DNA of 64,000 bases, from NCBI GenBank assembly GCA_000004985.1, contig GG738862.1; one strand, written 5' to 3'. Within the stretch, counting starts at the first letter, position 1. Every line of letters starts with the position of its first letter. The position numbers and the translations under genes were made by a program. The notes beneath the pieces are model-generated. The model was not told the origin of the DNA, did no database searches, and was given only the letters and a program-made list of their open reading frames with translations. Positions 56,421-64,000 of this stretch are shown piece by piece. Source of the stretch: Naegleria gruberi. Its lineage: Eukaryota.

Positions 56421-57511
56421 ATGTCAACAGCATTCAACAGTACCTATATGAATGTCACCAATGATTTCTTTCCACCTGTGTGGACCAGCAGTACATCAAT
56501 TGGTAACAGTGTCTTGTATCTCTCTCTGTACTCAATTTACTTGATTACTTTTATTATTCTATTCTCAAGGATAAATGGACGAATTAAGATCTTGAACGAA
56601 AGTGCAAAATCCAAATCACGGAATAAAGTGATAAAGAGGAACCACATTATCATATTTGCCTTCGTTCTGATTCTAATCCTTGTTGAAATGATTAATTTGA
56701 TTTTACGAATTGTTGGAGATGGATTATCGCTCAATGCAAGAATGAAACTGGACAATAATATGCAAGTTCTCACCAGTGAATATCTTGCCATTTGGATAGT
56801 GAATGGATTTTCAACTTTATTCATGTATTCCAATTTCATCATGCTCTTTTTGATAATGTTTGTTGTTCAAATGATATTGTAAGTAATTCATCTGAAATAG
56901 TCAACTGAAAAATTGAAAGTTGGAGAACAGCCATGATTATGAGATCCATTTCAAAATTTGCATTTCGAAGAATTAAAGAAATATCCACAATATCCATTAT
57001 CATCTCTGCAATTCTCATACTTACATGCAATATCTTTTTAGCTATTACCATACCCTTGACCAAAATGGGAATAATAGATAATAATGTCTACACCATTCCA
57101 AATTTTATTCTGCTACTCATTGTTGTTATATTATTTATCAAAGATATGCTTGTTGTTTTGATTTCTGGTTTCATGGTCATTCGAACCATTAAGAAATCCT
57201 TAGAAAAGAATAACAAATCAAAGAATGACAAGCTGGAGAACCCATTCATTGTCATAGTGTCCCTAATGATTGGTTTAGTATTGTGCATTTTCCTTCAAAT
57301 CTTTGCAGGGGTATTGGCTGGTGTTTTGCTTAGTACGGAGCTAAAACACTTAAAGTTTCTGTGGCACTTTTTTAATGGATTGGGAATAATTGTATTTGCC
57401 ATATTGAATTTGTGTTTATTCTATCCATTATTTGTACAAACACAAATGGTGTTTGAGGAATTACATATTGATGATGTCAAGTCAACTGTATCAAGTCAAG
57501 TACAATCTTGA
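56421..57511 (+). CDS. Seven-TM (GPCR-like) membrane protein, two exons
   Basis: ATG at 56421 (MSTAFNSTYMNV...). Seven hydrophobic helices run across the two ORF-track pieces. A 47-nt intron at 56879-56925 (gtaagtaatt...gttggag) joins ...VVQMI to L-TAMIMRSISKF in frame. No family motif recognised. Confidence 0.55.
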
Positions 57512-57649
57512 GCCATGTAATCAGAAAAATTTCTTGTTTGTAAGAAACAATCAAGAATCAAGAGAGGTTGGTGAATTGACGGCTTGGGATGACTTTCAGA
57601 TCAGGAATAAACTGACTGGCAACAAACTTGGAAAGCTCTAAATTTTGTG

Positions 57650-60600
57650 GAATGGATAATCCTTTGTTAACCTGTCATTCTCTCTCCGCACATATTCAGA
57701 TCTTACAACTTATCATTGTGATGAATGATAGACTGATCTACATGTGTTAAAAACGTGTAATATGCTTGATATAACCAATAAAGTTTAGAATTTTCCAGAA
57801 ATACCCTTTCGCCAAGATTTCATTTTGCCATATTTGGGATCTCCACAGAAACCACTATTGAAATATAAAATGTACAGATATGTGAGAAACATAATGTGGT
57901 GAAACTGATCAATAACTCGTTGAAATGACTGATATGGATTGCAAACTATTGTTTACTTGTCATGTAATTGTGACTAGACAGTGTCAATTCCACTAAAGTA
58001 TTTCATACTGAATTGACATCATCAAATACACTTCTATACATCATATATATCATATAGAACTAGTTTTAATATTTGATATTGTGAACTGACTCTGTTGGAT
58101 ACCATCTCTATAAATATAGCTAGATGAAAAGTGTCAATATTTGTTTTCACATACATGTTACTATGGAGAGTCCTCATTATATCATCTAAATAGGTATTTC
58201 TACTTTCAGTGGAATTGACTTTAGAAATAAATATTTAGTTGACTTGAAGATATTGAGCAGGGAATATGAAACTTTCTCAGATTGTTCTCCTCATCTAGGG
58301 AAGTGTATTCATATTTTATAATAGTATGATATTTTGTAAAATGACTGAGATAGAATGTAATCTATGAATTGAAAGTTGACTTTTTGATAGATTGTTATTA
58401 ATATCATAGTGAATTCAATTCTGACAGACTGAAATTGATACTATATGTATAATAGTATGATTAAACATACCTGGTAAAGTTACACGATGGTTGGATGTAC
58501 TTTCATTGAGATAGAGTGTACACTTGGATATAAGCACTATTGACATTGAACATTAACTGACTGACTAATTGAAAGTAATACGAATTGTTTCCAAACTACT
58601 ACCAGTGTATTAAATAGATGTATACTCTGTGTGGTATCAATTCTAGACTGATTGTACGTGTAATGAGTGAGTTGGAGTATAATCTATGACATCATGTCAA
58701 ATTTCTATAGTAAATTGATAGAGTTGATATGGGGTTGGTTAGGATTCAGAGTTGATTTATTTGGGTTATTTAAGAGATTACTTATTGAAGATTCATATCA
58801 TTGATTATATTTCTTATCATCTATAAATGATGTAAATTTGATGTTTTCATTTCTTGTATTGATAGATATATAAAGGTCAGGTCAGTACTAACTTTTGAAA
58901 TATGGAGTTGGGTTGGTGGGGTTTGGGTGAGTTTTATACACTTTCATACAATAGAGTGATATTGAAATGTACCCTTTGATATTTCTGGATGGGTAGCATG
59001 ATTTAGTGATGATTCCGACAATAAAAATCATATATTGTTCATATAATTATCAAGATATTGTATAATTTATTAAATATAAAGTGGGTAATATTGAATATTC
59101 TTTGTAGGAGCGGAAGCACTTATTCTTGTCAGTTGGAGTCAGTATTGTATTAAGGTTCATTTAAGGAATCTTAAAAAAATACAATAACAACTCACCTGCA
59201 TCAACATCATCAAGTATATCATCTATATTGAATATAAAGCAACAGCAAGAATGTATGGAGTTGATTCAACATGATTATTGGATTGGAGAGATGGCAAAAA
59301 TATTACTATTATTGTATTTGTCAAGTTGGAAGTACCCTCAGGATCATCAGCGAGGTTTCCTCTTCATCTCTTCTTGTTAGAGAGGTTTTTCATCCACAAG
59401 ATGGTCATCTTCTTCAATTGAAGAGGTTGCTTTATTATTAAGCACTGAGAGAAGCGTTTTTAAATTTTATTTTGATGAAATAAATCAAAATTTATTACGC
59501 ACAACACATCAAGAACAACAACAGCAACATGCTGATACACCATCATCATCACTGGGTGAATTGGCCATCATTGTTGTATAATTTCTTGGAATTTATTGGA
59601 TTAACAGTAAATTTTGGAATTACTCTCCTATTGAAGATGGAACATCAGCAACATCACCAAGATGATATTTAATTGGATAGTATTGTTTTCAGGAGTGGTT
59701 TCACGCTTTTTGTGGGCTCTTTCAACATACCATCATAAGAATGGTCATCATCTTGTTGAGGGAAGATGTTCAACCTTGTTTTGGAAGGTAGAATATCTTA
59801 CCACCACTCTATTCTCCTATTTTGATTGGATTGGTGGAGGTGCCACCACCTCTTCATACATTACATCAAGTTGAATCTTCCCTCCATCATTTGATGGGGG
59901 AGCAACTTCTCCCTTCCATATTGTTTAATAAATTATTGTTATTATCATATAATGATACAATTATTGTTGTTGTTTGTTGTTAATTGTTGTTCTTAATAGA
60001 AACCGACAATTCCCCCTTAATAAGTTATACAACCACTTGGTTATTCGTATGAATTATTTCTAGATAATAATGCTATAGCACTGTTGGTTCAGTGGTTGTA
60101 TGTTGGAATGTCAATTAAGGGACGAGTGATCGATTCAGGGTTTTGGGTTTGGGTGGGTTTGGGTTTGGGTTAGACGAAAACCCATCGACGACTAACGAAC
60201 GGCCAATATTGAGTATCTGAATTTCATATATGTCATTCAAATATTAATAAAAAGCTTATATTGTAACGAAGCAGTCATATCTCAAAGTAGTTATAGAGAT
60301 AATCAACTCTGATAAAATAAAAGTTAGGTTTTCCCGGTATTACTCTATGAATATGGAGATCGCCGGTCTGGATTAAATATATGTAGTAGACATAAATATG
60401 AGTTGACTATATTCGCAAATAAATTTGAAAAATATCATTGCGTTCAAAAATAATAAGGCACTGCCTGAAATATTAAGGTTTTTACCCTAGTAGGTCTAAA
60501 ATTTCAAAGTTGGGTTGAAATTTAAATTTTAATATATTGTAGATATATATATGAATAGATGATATTATGAATTAATCATGTTGAATCGGTGTATTTAACA

Positions 60601-61815
60601 AGTTACAACATGTCTAAATATTAACTTTTCAACATTTATTGTACTATTATATGAATGTTATTAGAATCATCATCAATCTCATATATATGATGTATAATGA
60701 TGATTTTCACATTGTAGAAGTGTTGGAAGTATAATATATGATATCCTTAGTATACTGTACTCATTCTACCTTAATTGACCAAGATATTGAGCCATACTAT
60801 GGAAACACTATACCAATTTATTAAACTTGTTAATATTGTAGTAAATATCAAATATAATCATATATAATTGAAATAATCATTATTGGATCCATACTCAGAC
60901 TGTAGGAAGTCAACTTGTGTGAAAATGACAATATCGGTAATTGAAGGATGAATATCATACATGACTTAATTCCACTCATTGATACATGTCTAATTATCAT
61001 ATTTTATGATATGTAATTGAAATAATTGAAATCTATCATATATATAGGGAGATAACCAATTAGGATGAAAGTAGGGGAAATTAAGCTCACTATTTACCAG
61101 GTAAACACTTTCAATAAGGACCTACATATTTTATTTGATAATATCGTTTAACTATGCATTTTATCGATAAATACCTCGTTTCATGATGTAATATTCTATA
61201 TTTCCAATTTGGGAAATGTTGCAATGTCAATACTCAATAGAAATATTGCCATAATACCAATTATTGATTATATATCATGAAACTGATATTATAGACTCTA
61301 ATTGATGTATGTATGAATGTATGATAGAAATATTTCAATTTTGACATTTCTTAATGACATGGATAGTTCACTAAGGTAGTAACTTTGTCATATGACAACT
61401 ATCTAAGATGATATTGAAATCATTCCAAAATTGATAATATGAGAGTATTTGATGATTATAACATGACTATATTGAATTAGAATTGATTCTAATCATTATT
61501 GACATGTAAGAATGCAACCTTTGATCCATTGGGTCAGTAACTTGACAGATATCCCATTTATATAGATATTGATTTCTATCACTCAGTAACGTTACCAATA
61601 TCATTTATAAGAGTAGTGGTATTATATTCTATCTTGTTGCACATCTTGATATTGACTTGTCATATTGTCATGAGTAGTTACCTACATGGCTAAATGACAT
61701 GAATACTGAATGATGTCCAAATGATATGAAATTGATAGGAACCTCATTATATGATGTTAATAACATACTGTATCAATTTGGTAATGAATCTCATTGTCCT
61801 TAGGGTACTTCCTTA
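57650..61815. repeat. Gene-free AT-rich degenerate satellite-like tract
   Basis: No ORF over 70 aa across ~4 kb. Short words recur, such as tgatat, attgaa, catgat and gtcaat. Degenerate telomere-like runs occur at about 58909-58932 and at 60137-60172 (GGGTTT for about 5 units). Confidence 0.6.
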
Positions 61816-62088
61816 NNNNNNNNNNNNNNNNNNNNNNNNNNNNNNNNNNNNNNNNNNNNNNNNNNNNNNNNNNNNNNNNNNNNNNNNNNNNNNNNNNNNN
61901 NNNNNNNNNNNNNNNNNNNNNNNNNNNNNNNNNNNNNNNNNNNNNNNNNNNNNNNNNNNNNNNNNNNNNNNNNNNNNNNNNNNNNNNNNNNNNNNNNNNN
62001 NNNNNNNNNNNNNNNNNNNNNNNNNNNNNNNNNNNNNNNNNNNNNNNNNNNNNNNNNNNNNNNNNNNNNNNNNNNNNNNNNNNNNNNN
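61816..62088. other. Assembly gap (273 N)
   Basis: Run of n. Confidence 1.
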
Positions 62089-62934
62089 ATTCCCTAATTG
62101 ACCATATATATATTACCAATTGATGAAACTAATATCAATCGACTAGATTTTCAATTGTGAACACAATGGTATCAATAGTTATATGATTCATGATAGTTTA
62201 AAATTGAGTTGGTCATCTAAGGATAGGTCATTAAGGTTTGAATGAATTGATATGAAATTCAATACCAATTATTGAAATACCATGATTAATTGATCTATAT
62301 ATGATGCTATAATTGAAAGATTTTAAAATTAATATGATTTGATTATCTTGATATTCATTATTCCCATGATTACACTCCTGACATGTTGAATGATTTCAAA
62401 TTGTCATGAAACTGATACAGTGGTGTTCATTCACCATTAGTAAGGTACTGTATCAATTTCATAAAGATTGGTATAGTTGATATCATTGTCACATCCCTGT
62501 TGGTATCAAGTGGATCAGCCATGTACCATGTATGATATGGATGAATGTCAAAATGATATTAATGTATTTAATTATCATGTATAGATGTATTGGAAGTGAA
62601 TTGAAGTGGTATAGATTTCTATCTTCAATGTTAGTATAGGTCAGTTGACAAGTTGAATAGTTAATTTCCTGATATGATACCAAAGTATTTGAAATTGATA
62701 TATATTGTTATTAACATGATTTATAAGGTGATATATTGATTTGAAATGATTTTGAAATGTTTTCATTGATATTCTAATTGTCTAATCTATTATATGAAAT
62801 TAACTTAAATAAGTTATTATAATGATGTAATATTATGTTATAATATGATTATATATTCAATTTGGAGTATATTGATATATAATATATTGATTTATAATGA
62901 GTATTTATTGAGATAATTAATTAAGATGAATAAA

Positions 62935-63322
62935 GGTTTGGGTTTGGGTTGGGTTTGGGTTTGGGTTTGGGTTGGGTTTGGGTTTGGGTTTGGGTTTGGG
63001 TTTGGGTTTGGGTTTGGGTTTGGGTTTGGGTTTGGGTGTTGGGTTTGGGTTTGGGTTTGGGTTTGGGTTTGGGTTTGGGTTTGGGTTTGGGTTTGGGTTT
63101 GGGTTTGGGTTTGGGTTTGGTTTGGGTTTGGGTTTGGGTTTGGGTTTGGGTTTGGGTTTGGGTTTGGGTTTGGGTTTGGGTTTGGGTTTGGGTTTGGGTT
63201 TGGGTTGGGTTTGGGTTTGGGTTTGGGTTTGGGTTTGGGTTTGGGTTTGGGTTTGGGTTTGGGTTTGGGTTTGGGTTTGGGTTTGGGTTTGGGTTTGGGT
63301 TCGGGTTTGGGTTTGGGTTTGG
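62935..63322 (+). repeat. Telomere-like hexamer array, about 64 GGGTTT units (TTTGGG in telomere convention) with occasional GGGTT or GGGTGTT variants. The G-rich strand points to the right end.
   Basis: Read directly from the sequence. The array abuts a 50-N gap at 63323-63372. Confidence 0.95.
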
Positions 63323-63372
63323 NNNNNNNNNNNNNNNNNNNNNNNNNNNNNNNNNNNNNNNNNNNNNNNNNN
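63323..63372. other. Assembly gap (50 N)
   Basis: Run of n immediately after the telomere-like array. Confidence 1.
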
Positions 63373-63414
63373 ACTGAATTATGCAATGTTCACAAAATGT
63401 CTGAAATTAGAACC

Positions 63415-64000
63415 ATATGTAGTATTTGAGATGTTAAACATGATGGTAAAGTTGCATAGAGTGGTCATTTTCCAGATTTTCATCCATGTCCACAGTTGAC
63501 TAGTTGGTATGAAAGGGATGAAATCATGAATATGAAAGTGAAAATAAACTTGATATTCTATCTCTACTCATCGAATGGAGCATTTTCATGTATATATTGT
63601 TGGTTGAAGTGATGTATTTGATAGAGTTGGTCTGACTTGTCTTTCTCAACAATAAAATATCAACATTTACCTTCCCATGATACCATTTCTGATTTTTATG
63701 ATATGAAATTGAATTCTATATCATTATATATCATCTACATCATGTTGGTAAAGTTTCAATAGGTGGTCCTTTTTCAAGAGATTTCATCCTTTTGTCATAG
63801 TTGACCATGATGGTTGAGGGAAGAAATCTTTAAATATGAAAGTGAAAATAAATTTGATATTCGATGTTTACTCATCAAATGGAACATTTTCATATTAGGA
63901 TTCAATATGTTTTGATGAGAAACTCAAAAGTTATAGGTGACCTCTTTTACCTCACATCTTCCCTTTTCACTCGATACTTTTATATCTACAGACTTGTACT
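63415..64000. repeat. Tandem repeat with a period of ~300 bp, about 1.9 copies at ~80% identity, running to the window edge
   Basis: catgatggtaaagttgcatagagtggtcattttccagattttcatcc...gttgac at ~63438 recurs as catcatgttggtaaagtttcaataggtggtcctttttcaagagatttcatcc...gttgac at ~63738. Likewise atatgaaagtgaaaataaacttgatattc...catcgaatggagcattttcat at ~63530 recurs at ~63835. Confidence 0.8.

Noticed and set aside
59230-59900. Moderately complex region with the 70-aa ORF 59662-59874 and a minus-strand reading frame with proline runs
   Set aside because: It sits in the gene-free satellite block. The ORF is short and lacks motifs. It might be a decayed gene fragment, but nothing supports calling it.
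61751-63499. ORF-track proteins made of X runs or GLGLG/VWVWV/KPKPKP repeats
   Set aside because: These are translations across N gaps and across the GGGTTT array. They are not coding.
1-64000. Ciliate origin, suggested by the T/G-rich telomere repeat reminiscent of Paramecium TTGGG(T/G)
   Set aside because: Long ORFs of up to 3075 codons read through with TAA, TAG and TGA all acting as stops, and the introns are 40-115 nt rather than 15-30 nt. This is incompatible with the reassigned codes of Paramecium, Tetrahymena and Euplotes. The assembled array is almost purely GGGTTT.
1-64000. Prokaryotic features: CRISPR arrays, defence islands, operons, IS elements
   Set aside because: There are spliceosomal introns, signal-peptide, EGF and kinase receptors, and an actin-fold gene, so the window is eukaryotic. 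No direct-repeat/spacer structure or transposase-like ORF is present.

Overview
This window is eukaryotic nuclear DNA, not prokaryotic. It is AT-rich (roughly 35% GC by eye) and uses the standard genetic code. Genes are tightly packed on both strands: I count about 25 protein-coding genes in the first ~57.5 kb. Introns are few and very short, 35-115 nt (one candidate is 184 nt), with GTAAGT, GTATGT or GTACGT donors and AG acceptors. The last ~6.5 kb (57.6-64 kb) has no genes. It consists of AT-rich degenerate satellite, two runs of N (assembly gaps), a ~390-bp array of about 64 GGGTTT units (telomere-like; TTTGGG read on the G-rich strand), and a ~300-bp tandem repeat at the window edge.

I cannot name the organism from sequence alone. 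The gene content suggests a free-living or amoeboid protist or an early-branching opisthokont-like eukaryote. That content includes NHL-repeat receptors, a receptor kinase, TLDc proteins, BTB/pentapeptide proteins, a 7TM-RGS protein, a ceruloplasmin-like oxidase and an actin-related protein. Ciliates are excluded because long ORFs read through with TAA and TAG as stops.

The main points:
- A local family of four TLDc-domain genes, three of them with signal peptides. Gene 60-1919 carries nine or more tandem Cys-rich EGF/furin-like modules encoded by near-identical 90-nt and 114-nt DNA repeats. A truncated, frameshifted paralogue at 28.2 kb has a gene-converted 5' end.
- A multi-exon receptor kinase at 51.2-56.0 kb: signal peptide, two NHL-propeller blocks, EGF-like repeats, a TM helix and a kinase domain. 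A kinase-less NHL-EGF-TM relative lies at 44.5-47.5 kb.
- A B-box, coiled-coil and NHL (TRIM-NHL-like, no RING) gene.
- A 7TM-RGS chimera.
- A 3075-aa single-exon P-loop giant protein.
- KCTD9-like BTB plus pentapeptide-repeat proteins.
- At least five apparent 1-nt frameshifts at A/T homopolymers in unrelated genes. This pattern fits draft-assembly indel errors better than pseudogenes.

Many start coordinates in the supplied ORF track use TTG or GTG and are not true initiators. I corrected them where the sequence allowed. All functional calls are from motifs I can read in the translations; I ran no database search.
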